From Candidatus Pacearchaeota archaeon CG10_big_fil_rev_8_21_14_0_10_34_76 (lineage in GTDB: Archaea > Nanobdellota > Nanobdellia > Pacearchaeales > GW2011-AR1): a stretch of 64,000 nucleotides of DNA. Every line of letters starts with the position of its first letter. The stretch's first letter is position 1. The DNA is taken from NCBI GenBank assembly GCA_002763075.1, contig PFDB01000010.1, forward strand, positions 6,553 to 70,552. Direction: 5' to 3'. The position numbers were made by a program, and so were the translations under genes. The notes below the pieces were generated by a model. The model had not been told where the DNA came from and ran no database searches. It was given only the letters and a program-made list of their open reading frames with translations. Positions 18,795 through 27,808 of the stretch are shown piece after piece.

Positions 18795-18865
18795 TGGCCC
18801 GTAGAAGAATCGAACTTCTGCATGCTCGGTGTAAACGAGCCGGTCTACCATTAGCCTAACGGGCC
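18795..18865 (-). tRNA. tRNA-Val (anticodon UAC)
   Basis: 71 nt: acceptor GGCCCGT/ACGGGCC, anticodon arm GCTCG-TTTACAC-CGAGC, T-arm AGAAG-TTCGATT-CTTCT, discriminator A. Confidence 0.85.
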
Positions 18866-18945
18866 TAAGCTCAATATATACTGAAATGAGCATTTTTAAA
18901 TTTCACTATATGAAACTTTAAAAACGTCTGTTTTTATTTCTGACA

Positions 18946-19398
18946 ATGACGAATAAGAGAGATTTAAGAGAACAAGCCAAAGAAAATTTTTATTCAGATT
19001 TGGCAGACAAGATCTATCTTGAGGTGAAAAGAATTGCCCAAGAAAATCCAAACCCTAATTTCAGCAGGGTAACTATCCCAAGAAACGGATACCTTGAATC
19101 ACTAGCCCAGACAGAAGTTATTCAATACGGAGTTCAAGGAATTCTTGGAGAAGCATTTATAGTGGATGAGTCGCAAAGCGACATCACTGTCTGTTTTATG
19201 CCTGGGGCCTTATTCCAGAACTCAATTGGAAGAGACAGTCTTCCAAAGGCAAATTTTCTTCCTATGGGCAAAAAAGCAGCAGATTTGAAAGTACATCATG
19301 CTATGGTAACAGATAAGAGTCATAAACAAAAATTAAAAAACCCGGGATCCTTGCCACCTACACAAAAAACCTTAGAAACAGACTGGGATAATTTCTAA
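18946..19398 (+). CDS. hypothetical protein
   Basis: 150-aa ORF with no motif. Confidence 0.5.
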   Translation: MTNKRDLREQAKENFYSDLADKIYLEVKRIAQENPNPNFSRVTIPRNGYLESLAQTEVIQYGVQGILGEAFIVDESQSDITVCFMPGALFQNSIGRDSLPKANFLPMGKKAADLKVHHAMVTDKSHKQKLKNPGSLPPTQKTLETDWDNF

Positions 19399-19468
19399 CG
19401 TCATAGTTAAAATATCTATAATGTATCTCTAAAAACCTTTAAAAAATGTGAAAAGAGTAAATTATCAA

Positions 19469-19539
19469 GCGGCATTAGTTTAGTGGTAGAACGTTAGGTT
19501 GCCAATCTGAAAGCGGGGGTCCGATTCCCCCATGCCGCA
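19469..19539 (+). tRNA. tRNA-Gly (anticodon GCC)
   Basis: 71 nt: acceptor GCGGCAT/ATGCCGC, anticodon loop TTGCCAA, T-arm GGGGG-TCCGATT-CCCCC, discriminator A. Confidence 0.85.
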
Positions 19540-19680
19540 TTTCAATTCCATGAAAAATCCAAAGGTGGTTGCATCATCATTAATAGCCCTAGTTTGTATA
19601 GTCTTAACATTTACAGTCAATTGGCTCTTCATTATCCCCGCTACAGTCTTATCCATATACGGATGGAAACTCCTTATAAA

Positions 19681-19812
19681 ATCAAAAAGTCCTTAAATGA
19701 TTTCTGCGGACTGAAGTCCGCAGTTTGTCAAGAATGCTTCAAGGCATTGCTTGAGGTTTGGATGTTCAAAGTTCTCACGCACCAGGGCGTGTGGTTTTCC
19801 ACAAACTTTGAT
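19681..19812 (+). repeat. multi-hairpin interspersed element, copy R1
   Basis: Starts ATCAAAAAG. Hairpins at 19704-19723 (CTGCGGAC-tgaa-GTCCGCAG), 19729-19753 and 19767-19810. Shares GTCAAGAAT..TTGAGGTTTGGATG.TCAA with copy R2. Confidence 0.7.
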
Positions 19813-19844
19813 ATAATACAAATCATTTTAAACCCATATAAGAA

Positions 19845-20153
19845 TTGAAATTTATGAAAAGACCAATTGTATGGATAACCTCTCCAAGTGTAATACCTGG
19901 TTCTAATGGGCTTCCGAAGGAAATAGAAAAATTGATTCCCAATAATCCAGCACAAATTCATTGTATTGCAGATGAAGAGTTTAAGGTCTTAAGAGAAAAA
20001 TACACGCCCTCTGAAGATGAAATCTATGAACTCAATGGAAGTCTCCCATTCCAAGGAAGATGGTTTTCTTCAAGGGATGGACTCTCTTCTTACAAGAATT
20101 TTAGAACTTTCAGCCACCAAGCTGAGATTATTGCACTCTATCCATCCCCTTAG
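19845..20153 (+). CDS. hypothetical protein
   Basis: 102-aa ORF from TTG (in-frame ATG at 19854). No motif. Confidence 0.4.
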   Translation: MKFMKRPIVWITSPSVIPGSNGLPKEIEKLIPNNPAQIHCIADEEFKVLREKYTPSEDEIYELNGSLPFQGRWFSSRDGLSSYKNFRTFSHQAEIIALYPSP

Positions 20154-20172
20154 ATTTTTCTAAACTTATCTC

Positions 20173-20817
20173 TCATAGACTATTCACAACATCATGAGCA
20201 ATGACTTCTGAATATTCATCATTATTGAAATCATTATGCCATCTCCCTAAGTTACTTATAAAAAATTTTGTACCTTGAGATTCAAGATCTCTTTTATCCA
20301 ATGCCCTTCCATTAAATATAATGTCTTCTGATCTATAAACCAGGACTTTTTTAACATTTTCAGGTATTTTTTTATCAAATGCGAATGGATCCATCAGCAC
20401 AAGAACATCCACAGGTACATTCATAGAGTCCAGCATCTTCACAACATTTACTGCATTCCTACATCCAAGACTATGCGCAACAAAAATAAAGCTTCTTCCA
20501 TCATTAATATCATTCTCTAGTGGGCGTACACCTCTCTCAATTTTCCCAAAATGGACATTCCATTTATTAATCTTGTAATGCTCTTTTCCATTATCTATCA
20601 ATAGATTTCTTATCTCTTTTACAACACCCTCAGTTATATTTCCTCCAAAACCTCCAAATCCATATATGGATATAAGATCGCTTCTTTCAGATTGATAATT
20701 ATGTTCAATCTTCTCAGCATCAATATCAAAGTAGTCTATTCCATTAACGTTAGAAGCACATCCAGTTAGAATCCCCAAGGACATTACACCCACAGCTATT
20801 TTTTCCAAGCCCATCAA
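20173..20817 (-). CDS. lipoprotein, alpha/beta-hydrolase (lipase/esterase-like)
   Basis: Lipobox-like LGILTGC after an N-terminal hydrophobic stretch; nucleophile-elbow motif FVAHSLGC. Confidence 0.6.
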   Translation of the reverse strand: MMGLEKIAVGVMSLGILTGCASNVNGIDYFDIDAEKIEHNYQSERSDLISIYGFGGFGGNITEGVVKEIRNLLIDNGKEHYKINKWNVHFGKIERGVRPLENDINDGRSFIFVAHSLGCRNAVNVVKMLDSMNVPVDVLVLMDPFAFDKKIPENVKKVLVYRSEDIIFNGRALDKRDLESQGTKFFISNLGRWHNDFNNDEYSEVIAHDVVNSL

Positions 20818-20820
20818 GAA

Positions 20821-22428
20821 TTACTCCATACCTGCATAAGGGTTTGAATTCATTCCTGCACCACTCCTCTTATTCCCGGAAGAGATTAAAATATCATCTA
20901 TTCTCAATATCATTATTGCAACTTCAGTAGCAGAACTCACTGCTTGCATTTTCACTTTCAAGGGTTCAATAATCCCTGCTACAATGCAATCCTCAATCTT
21001 ATCATTAAAAAGATTAAGCCCATCTTTAGAAGCTCCAGAAGCATGTCTCTGCTTGAGTTCAGTAAGTACATTTATTGGATCAAGTCCTGCATTTTCAGCA
21101 AGTGTTTCTGGAATACTCTCAAGAGCAAGTGCAAATTCCTCCACAGCTAATTGCTCTCTTCCACCCAGTGTCTTTGAATATTCTCTTAATCTCTTAGCAA
21201 GCTCTATTTCTACAGCTCCTCCTCCTGCAACAACTCTCCCACTCTTTACAGCAGAGATAACATCCCCCAATCCATCTTTTATTGCTCTTTCCATTTCATC
21301 AATAACATGACTTGTACTTCCATATACAAGAATTGTGACAGATTTGGGATTTTCGCATCCCCTAATGTATGTTATTGCTTCATCTCCCCTCTTGACCTCT
21401 TCAACTAGTTTTGCTTTTCCAAAAGACTCCATGCTTAATTCGTTAATATTAGAGATTATTTTTCCAGAAGTAGCCCTTGCAAGTCTGCTCATATCTGACT
21501 TTGATACTCTTCTAAATGCCATGATTCCTGCTCTTGCAAGGTAATATTGAGCAACATCATCAATACCTTTCTGGCAGAAAACAACATTTGCTCCAGAGGC
21601 AATAACCTTATCTGCAATCCCCTTAAGAGCTACCTCTTCAGAAGTGATGAACTCCTGTAATTGTTGTGGCGTAGATATAGATACTTTTGCCTCTCTTTCT
21701 GGGCTTCTTAGCTCAAGAGGCAAATCGAACAAGACAATTTTAGCATCGTGTATCTTTTTTGGCATCTCATCGTGAGTGACTTCTTTGTTTAGCACAACCC
21801 CCTCAACCAACTCGCTCTTTTCAGCATCCTCTCCTTTTATTTTCTCAATTTTTATATCATCAATATTAATTTCATTCCCAACAGAAACACGATCGGCAGC
21901 AGCAACAATCAAGTCAGCAAATTTACTTCGGTTTCCTTCAGCACCTTTTCCAGTCATAGCAGTCATGGCTATCTGCTTTAGAATAGATTTATCTTCAAGA
22001 GGTATAGATATCTCTTTTAAAATTTCTTTTGATTTTTCAGCAGCGAGTGCATACCCTCTTGCTATAACTGTAGGGTGAATTCTTTTATCAAGAAGCTTTT
22101 CAGCATTCTCTAAGAACTTCCCTGCCAGCATCGCCACAGTTGTTGTACCATCACCCACCTCATTTTCCTGGGTTTTAGCAATTTCAGCAATTATTTTAGC
22201 GGCAGGATGATCAATCTCCATCTCATTCAGGATTGTTACTCCATCATTTGTTATTATAATATCTCCTGTGGAATCCACAAGCATCTTATCCATACCCTTA
22301 GGTCCTAAAGTTGTTTTAACAATCTCAGAAACAACTCTTGCTGCAAGAATATTGTTCCTCTGAGCATCTCTCCCCACGGTTCTGGATACATTTTCAGGCA
22401 TAATATAGACAGGTTGTTTATCGCTCAT
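20821..22428 (-). CDS. ths: thermosome subunit (group II chaperonin)
   Basis: [28 protein letters not shown] and VAGGGAVE motifs. Start moved to ATG 22428 (MSDKQ...), which has TATA TTAAAAA (22450-22456) 21 nt upstream; the listed TTG at 22440 is too close to the TATA. Confidence 0.95.
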   Translation of the reverse strand: MSDKQPVYIMPENVSRTVGRDAQRNNILAARVVSEIVKTTLGPKGMDKMLVDSTGDIIITNDGVTILNEMEIDHPAAKIIAEIAKTQENEVGDGTTTVAMLAGKFLENAEKLLDKRIHPTVIARGYALAAEKSKEILKEISIPLEDKSILKQIAMTAMTGKGAEGNRSKFADLIVAAADRVSVGNEINIDDIKIEKIKGEDAEKSELVEGVVLNKEVTHDEMPKKIHDAKIVLFDLPLELRSPEREAKVSISTPQQLQEFITSEEVALKGIADKVIASGANVVFCQKGIDDVAQYYLARAGIMAFRRVSKSDMSRLARATSGKIISNINELSMESFGKAKLVEEVKRGDEAITYIRGCENPKSVTILVYGSTSHVIDEMERAIKDGLGDVISAVKSGRVVAGGGAVEIELAKRLREYSKTLGGREQLAVEEFALALESIPETLAENAGLDPINVLTELKQRHASGASKDGLNLFNDKIEDCIVAGIIEPLKVKMQAVSSATEVAIMILRIDDILISSGNKRSGAGMNSNPYAGME

Positions 22429-22534
22429 GTTAAATCTCAACCCTCCTCATTTTTAAACATTTATGGATTAAAGAATAACCTTTAAACTTTTCTGCAGGAC
22501 ATATATCATTATAAATAACCTTTTTATTTTTATT

Positions 22535-23110
22535 TTGATAAAAATGTCTAGAAGGGTAGCAGTTGGTGACGTAATGACTAGAAATTTTGTTTCTGTGACT
22601 CCCAACACTAATTTACAGAAATGTGCAAAAGAAATGGTGTCAAATAGGGTAAATAGCTTAATGATTTCTGAAAATAGAAAGCTTCTCGGAATTCTTACAG
22701 CAAGAGACATTCTTTGGACAATAATCAAGAAACCATCAATTAATCTCGCCGAAATTAATGTGAGAGACATTGCTACAAAAAAAGTCGCGGTGATAAAACC
22801 TTCTGCAGACATAAGTCAAGCTTTGCATAAGATGAAACAATTTGGCTTTCGTCGCCTTCCAGTCCTATTTCGTGGGGACCTTGTAGGTTTAGTCACCCTT
22901 AAAGACATTCTTAGAGTTGATCCAGGGCTTTACAATCAACTAGGAGAACTTGCAGATATAAGAGAAGAAACAGATAAGATAAAACGCCTCTCAATTATGA
23001 AAGAGGACTGGGAATCAGAAGGCCTCTGCGACGAATGTGGCTCTCTTTCAGATCTTATGAAAATAGAAAAAAGGATGCTATGCAGCGACTGTAGGAATGA
23101 GTTGTATTGA
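22535..23110 (+). CDS. CBS-pair domain protein with a C-terminal zinc ribbon
   Basis: Two CBS repeats (VGDVMTRNFVSV ..., VRDIATKKVAVI ...) followed by CDECGS-X(n)-CSDC. Confidence 0.8.
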   Translation: MIKMSRRVAVGDVMTRNFVSVTPNTNLQKCAKEMVSNRVNSLMISENRKLLGILTARDILWTIIKKPSINLAEINVRDIATKKVAVIKPSADISQALHKMKQFGFRRLPVLFRGDLVGLVTLKDILRVDPGLYNQLGELADIREETDKIKRLSIMKEDWESEGLCDECGSLSDLMKIEKRMLCSDCRNELY

Positions 23111-23242
23111 GATTAATTCATACTATTAATGGATTCCATAATGATACTAAGAAATTACTATATTCACACTTTAAAGATTAAAAGAGAATAGTGATATTTT
23201 TCACGAACATAAATATATAACTAAAGTCAATTTTATTTTGGG

Positions 23243-24046
23243 ATGAAAAAGATTTTGATAGGATGTATTTTCATAATGCTTATTGCAGTTATTTCGGCAT
23301 TTATTTTTATAACTAGTAATCAAGATAAAAAAGTTGGAGATGAAAATTTACAACAAAATACCGAAGAAAAATCTGAAGATGCAGAGGAAAATAAGCTCTC
23401 TGAACCAGCTCAAAAAATATTACCTGTTCTTATGAATTTAGGTCTAGATATAGAACCATTGAACAATGAAACTAATTTGGCAGGTGATTTAATTTTTAGT
23501 AAATCTCTCGTTTACGATGATGGGAGAGTTTCCGGTGATAAGGTATTTGTTGATTTTGGAATTAAGGAGAAGTATTCTCCTGAAGGTATTGGAAATATAG
23601 AATACTGGTTTCATGTACCCTTGAACACAAAAGTCAAAGCTCCTACTGGTGGCGTTGTTAAAATTGATTATTTTGAACATACTGAGGATTGGGGTGTTAA
23701 TATTCTTCCTAATGATTCAGATTTAATTGTAAGTTTTGAACATCTTGTTAATTTGATGGTGAAAGATGGAGAATATGTAACCGCCGGAGAATTTATAGGA
23801 GAGGCAGCTCCCAGAAATACTTTTGATGACAAGATTGCTATGACTGAGCTGGCGGTTTGGAAAGGCGGTAATACAATAATAAAGTATTGTCCATTTGATT
23901 ATCTAGACGAATCGTTAAAGCCAGTTTATCAGGAAAAATTAAACAAGTTAGCAACAGAATGGGAAGAGTTTGTGGATAAGGATGTTTATGAACAGGAAAG
24001 GTGGGTTTCTCCCGGATGCTTAGTAAGTTTTATACAAGAAAAATAA
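23243..24046 (+). CDS. membrane-anchored protein with a degenerate M23/barrel-sandwich-like domain
   Basis: N-terminal TM helix. VKAPTGGVVKIDY ... SFEHLVNLMVKDGEYVTAGEFIGEA resembles the M23 peptidase core, but the HxH catalytic motif is not seen. Confidence 0.5.
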   Translation: MKKILIGCIFIMLIAVISAFIFITSNQDKKVGDENLQQNTEEKSEDAEENKLSEPAQKILPVLMNLGLDIEPLNNETNLAGDLIFSKSLVYDDGRVSGDKVFVDFGIKEKYSPEGIGNIEYWFHVPLNTKVKAPTGGVVKIDYFEHTEDWGVNILPNDSDLIVSFEHLVNLMVKDGEYVTAGEFIGEAAPRNTFDDKIAMTELAVWKGGNTIIKYCPFDYLDESLKPVYQEKLNKLATEWEEFVDKDVYEQERWVSPGCLVSFIQEK

Positions 24047-24112
24047 GTAGCATCCTTAGAAAAGAATATTTATGAGAATTGTCTAAAAGAGATAAATTAG
24101 GGAAATGTAAAT

Positions 24113-24231
24113 ATCAAAAAAACGATGTGCCACCACGCCTTAAAAGGCATGGTTTGAAAAGGCACTCGTTTCCGTCAAGAATTGAAAATTCTTGAGGTTT
24201 GGATGCTCAAGGAATCTGTCAAGTTCCTTGA
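24113..24231 (+). repeat. multi-hairpin interspersed element, copy R2 (most complete)
   Basis: ATCAAAAAAACGATG leader; long-range stem CGA(T)GTGCC (24123-24131) with GGCACTCG (24161-24168); hairpin 24175-24195 (8 bp, GAAA-type loop); GGTTTGGATGCTCAA; hairpin 24207-24231 (8 bp). Confidence 0.75.
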
Positions 24232-24336
24232 CATAATCTCCGAAATGCTCTAATATTGTCCCGCTTCTGAAATAAATTTATAACGGAATCTTTAAATATA
24301 ATCCAAGCTAATCCATAAAATAAGAAAGAGGATTAG

Positions 24337-24849
24337 ATGAGCGAAAAAGACAAAATAATAAAAGAAAAGCTCTTTTACAAGGGAATTGTCAATTTAAGCG
24401 AGGCATATGAATATGCTTATAGTTTTCTGAGGGAAGGTGAAGAATATGGGATTACAGAAGAATATTATTCTGAGAAGATTGCAGGAGAATCTAAGGACGT
24501 GGAAATTAAATGGGTGGCCACAAAAAAGGTAACTGATTATTTTAAAATCAACCTAGACATCAAGTGGAAAGTTCTTGGAATGAAAAATATTGAGGTTGAG
24601 ATAGATGGAAAAAAGAAGGAGATGAACAAGGTCTCAGAGTTAAGCATAGATATCAAAGGCGTTCTTGAAAAGGACTATAATAGTAAATGGGAATCAAATC
24701 CAACCCACAAATTCTTCAAGGAAATGTATCACAAATATGTAATCCCTCAAAGGACAGAGAAAAAAGAGAATGATGTTATTGAAATGGTTCAAAAATTCAA
24801 GGATGAAATGAAAGCATTCTTAGATCTTACTGGAAGAGGCCTAAAATAA
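24337..24849 (+). CDS. hypothetical protein
   Basis: 170-aa ORF with no motif. Confidence 0.55.
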   Translation: MSEKDKIIKEKLFYKGIVNLSEAYEYAYSFLREGEEYGITEEYYSEKIAGESKDVEIKWVATKKVTDYFKINLDIKWKVLGMKNIEVEIDGKKKEMNKVSELSIDIKGVLEKDYNSKWESNPTHKFFKEMYHKYVIPQRTEKKENDVIEMVQKFKDEMKAFLDLTGRGLK

Positions 24850-24903
24850 TCTCTTTCTTGAAATATACAAATCTTTATATAGAAATCCGACAAATTCTCA
24901 CCA

Positions 24904-26292
24904 ATGAAGAGAATAGTTTTACCAGTCTTATTGCTTATTTTTATGTCTGTGGTAGTTTCTGCCCAATCTTTGGAGATAGAGAAGATAGAAAAGTCTTCAA
25001 CAATAATAACAGAAATTGGGAACCCAATTGAATACACACTAAGAATAACTAATACTGGCACAACAAGCGAGTTCGAGATATATACTTTTGCAGGATTTAC
25101 AATGACTCCCGAAGACAAATTCACAATAAATTCAGGGGAAACAATAAACATAGGTGTTAAAGCTTACGCCAATGAAGATATATTAGAGACCACAAGGGGA
25201 TCGTTTGTCATTGAATACCAGATAAGAAATTCTGCAAACGAGATTACAAAAGACAAGTTAAGGGTTAATATAATAGATTTAGAAGATCTCTTAGAAATAA
25301 TAGTTGAAGATATAACACCTCAGCAGGAAACCGCAGAGATATCAGTAAGAAATAAAGAAAATCTTCAATTGAATGATATTTCAATTTCAATTATTTCTCC
25401 TTTTTTTGAAAGCGAAAATATTATGACTATTTCTCCAAAAGAAACTAAAAAAATCACAATAGAACTGAATAAAGAGAAACAGAGCAAACTGATAGCAGGG
25501 AATTATGTTTCTACTGTAGATATTGAACTTCAAGAAGAAAAAACACAGACATTCATACCCTTCAACTATCTTGAGAAAGAAGGCCTTGCAGTATACACAA
25601 ATACTGAGGGGGTAATAATCCGTGAAACAACGATAGAGAAGAAAAATACTGGGAATACTGCATTGGAGGCTACCGCAATAAAAAAATTGAATTTATTCTC
25701 AAGACTATTCACAACATTTTCAGAGAAACCTATAAGCTCTTCTAAAAATGGATTCTTTGTAGAATATGTGTGGCAAAAAGAACTTGCACCTGGAGAATCA
25801 TTAAAAATAGTAACAAAAACAAACTACACTCTTCCATTCATAATAATGATTTTAATAATCCTTGTAGTTTTAGCTGTCAAAATATATCTTGAGACTACAC
25901 TGAATCTCAAGAAACACGTTTCTCTTGTAAAAACAAAGGGAAGTGAGTTTGCTCTCCGTGTAGTGATAAATGTCAAGGCAAAGAAACATCTTGATAACAT
26001 ACAGATAATAGACAGAATTCCTCAAATGGCAAAGTTATACGACAAATTTGGGATAAAGCCAGATAAGATGGATCCTCAAACTAGGAGAATATTCTGGAAT
26101 ATTAAATCTCTAAATGCAGGAGAGGAAAGGGTCTTTTCATATATAATCTATTCAAAGATAAAGATAGTAGGAAAATTTGAGCTTCCTGCAGCCACAGCCA
26201 TATATGAAAAAGATGGAAAAACTCATGAGGTCTACTCCAACACAACTAATTTTGCTACGGAAACTGTAGAAAGCGACAAAGATATATTTTAA
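24904..26292 (+). CDS. secreted beta-sandwich (CARDB/DUF11-like) protein with one internal TM helix
   Basis: Signal-like N-terminus, repeated beta-rich segments, a TM helix at LPFIIMILIILVVLAVKIYL, and a C-terminal domain IFWNIKSLNAGEERVFSYIIYS. Confidence 0.6.
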   Translation: MKRIVLPVLLLIFMSVVVSAQSLEIEKIEKSSTIITEIGNPIEYTLRITNTGTTSEFEIYTFAGFTMTPEDKFTINSGETINIGVKAYANEDILETTRGSFVIEYQIRNSANEITKDKLRVNIIDLEDLLEIIVEDITPQQETAEISVRNKENLQLNDISISIISPFFESENIMTISPKETKKITIELNKEKQSKLIAGNYVSTVDIELQEEKTQTFIPFNYLEKEGLAVYTNTEGVIIRETTIEKKNTGNTALEATAIKKLNLFSRLFTTFSEKPISSSKNGFFVEYVWQKELAPGESLKIVTKTNYTLPFIIMILIILVVLAVKIYLETTLNLKKHVSLVKTKGSEFALRVVINVKAKKHLDNIQIIDRIPQMAKLYDKFGIKPDKMDPQTRRIFWNIKSLNAGEERVFSYIIYSKIKIVGKFELPAATAIYEKDGKTHEVYSNTTNFATETVESDKDIF

Positions 26293-26299
26293 ATTCTAA

Positions 26300-27106
26300 C
26301 TATTCGAGGTCAGTTTCAGAATCATCATCCCAGTCATGCGGAAATGGGGTATCCTGAGGCAATAAATATTCAAGGTCTGAACTATCCAAATCTCTAAACT
26401 CTGGTTCCTGAGCAATCTCAGATAAACCTGAACTTGAGTAATCTGCTCTTACCAAAACGGGCGCACCTTCATCTCTATACATAGATTCAAGTTCTTTTTT
26501 TAATTCTAAAATTTCCCCTCCAAGCATAGCTCTTTTCCTCCCTAATTCTTCCTCAATTTCAGAAGCAGAACCCTCAGCTATCTTTAAGGCATCTTCCAAA
26601 TCTTCTATTCTCTCTCTAAGTTCGACAGGTACAGCATTAGCAAGATCGTATATTTTTTGAATAACTGGCATAGCATCTAATTGTTGTCCAGGTTTGAGCA
26701 TTTCATAAAGTCTAGAAACTGCTTTTCTTAGCCTGTCATCTGTTGCGAAATTTACACGACTTCTAGAATTTTCTGGTTCATAAACTAAAGTTGATCTATC
26801 TGCAGGGTGATCCAACCTTTCTCCAGCATCTTGTATAATACCATAAACTGCAGTAACTACTACTTCAACAAGAGCATCTCTTTCAGGAGAATCAAGTTTT
26901 ATTCCCTCTTTTTCCAGAACATTTCCAACCGCTTCATAGAGTCGAGGATTAGGAGCATCCTCTTCAGGATTTGTAGAATCTCCAAGAATGTCTTTTTTCC
27001 ATCTTCCTAATTGTCCTTTTCTATATGATCTAAGCATGTGGGCTAAACCTTCCCCAGTAATAACTGGCATTCCTCTTACAGTTCTACTTTTATCGTGATT
27101 TGTCAT
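26300..27106 (-). CDS. hypothetical acidic protein
   Basis: 268-aa ORF with a coiled-coil-like central part and an acidic C-terminus. Confidence 0.55.
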   Translation of the reverse strand: MTNHDKSRTVRGMPVITGEGLAHMLRSYRKGQLGRWKKDILGDSTNPEEDAPNPRLYEAVGNVLEKEGIKLDSPERDALVEVVVTAVYGIIQDAGERLDHPADRSTLVYEPENSRSRVNFATDDRLRKAVSRLYEMLKPGQQLDAMPVIQKIYDLANAVPVELRERIEDLEDALKIAEGSASEIEEELGRKRAMLGGEILELKKELESMYRDEGAPVLVRADYSSSGLSEIAQEPEFRDLDSSDLEYLLPQDTPFPHDWDDDSETDLE

Positions 27107-27153
27107 GAACTATGACTATCAAAGGTCGCTTTTTAAAGTTTACGAATAAAAAG

Positions 27154-27501
27154 TTAAGTTTTTTCAAACATTGGTTGTTTTGGAGGCCACAAATCACTTT
27201 GCATTTTTGCAACTCTTTTAGCTTTCTTCTTATCTTTAAATTTCCTATATTGAATGCCTGTCCAAGCCACTAAAGCTGTAGCCAAAACCTCATATCCGAG
27301 ATTTGAGGAATTAGCATGTCCAATTCCGTCTGTACGTCCTTGATTATAACCTCTGTCATACCCTAATCTTTCAGCACACTCTAATGTCTGAAGCATCTCT
27401 TCATAATTAAATTCAAAAACAAAGGGGTAGTTGCTCTCTTCTAATCTTCCTGGTTCGTAACTAACACTATTTTTTAACAATGCTCTCAAATCATTAGGCA
27501 T
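27154..27501 (-). CDS. hypothetical protein with one C-terminal TM helix
   Basis: 115-aa ORF upstream of, and co-oriented with, 26300..27106. Confidence 0.5.
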   Translation of the reverse strand: MPNDLRALLKNSVSYEPGRLEESNYPFVFEFNYEEMLQTLECAERLGYDRGYNQGRTDGIGHANSSNLGYEVLATALVAWTGIQYRKFKDKKKAKRVAKMQSDLWPPKQPMFEKT

Positions 27502-27592
27502 TAAATTTACTATATTTCTAATTATTTAAATATAGTTTTACTAAAAAACTAAAACAAAAGTCTTTAAAACCCAATTCTCTCAATAATATTAG

Positions 27593-27744
27593 CCCCTCAT
27601 AGCTCAATGGTTAGAGCACCTGGCTGTAGTCAATATGACTAACGCTGACTATCTCCAAAAGAGAATGGATGAAGCGCGATCAGACCATATTCGCTAGAAT
27701 ATGACAGAACCCGGGTTACCCCAGTTCGATTCTGGGTGAGGGGA
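27593..27744 (+). tRNA. tRNA-Tyr (anticodon GUA) with an 80-nt intron at 37/38
   Basis: Acceptor CCCCTCA/TGAGGGG (the C1-G72 pair typical of archaeal and eukaryotic tRNA-Tyr), D-arm GCTC-AATGGTTA-GAGC, anticodon stem CCTGG/CCGGG, loop CTGTAG|intron 27630-27709|C, T-arm CCCAG-TTCGATT-CTGGG, discriminator A. The intron 3' ACAG pairs with loop CUGU, a 4-bp helix as in a bulge-helix-bulge motif. Confidence 0.85.
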
Positions 27745-27745
27745 T
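27732..27745 (+). repeat. 14-bp direct repeat, copy 1 (3' end of tRNA-Tyr)
   Basis: ctgggtgaggggat, identical to 28840..28853. Confidence 0.8.
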
Positions 27746-27808
27746 AAAACTAAACTGTTCGATTCCGTAGAATCTTAGGTAAGTTTTTATATCTATATCT
27801 ACAATTAT

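Noticed and set aside
19594-19961. ORFs 19594..19848 (+) and 19728..19961 (-) after tRNA-Gly
   Set aside because: They overlap each other and are built on repeat copy R1, whose hairpins explain the open frames. The peptides have no protein-like features.
22468-22812. 114-aa minus-strand ORF overlapping the CBS-domain gene
   Set aside because: The plus-strand product has clear tandem CBS motifs plus a zinc ribbon; the antisense product is featureless.
27630-27709. Possible C/D-box sRNA inside the tRNA-Tyr intron (UGGAUGA at 27666-27672, CUGA at 27645-27648)
   Set aside because: The box order and spacing are wrong: the CUGA lies only ~5 nt after the only C-like box upstream of it, there is no terminal C/D pairing, and no proper D box lies near the 3' end.
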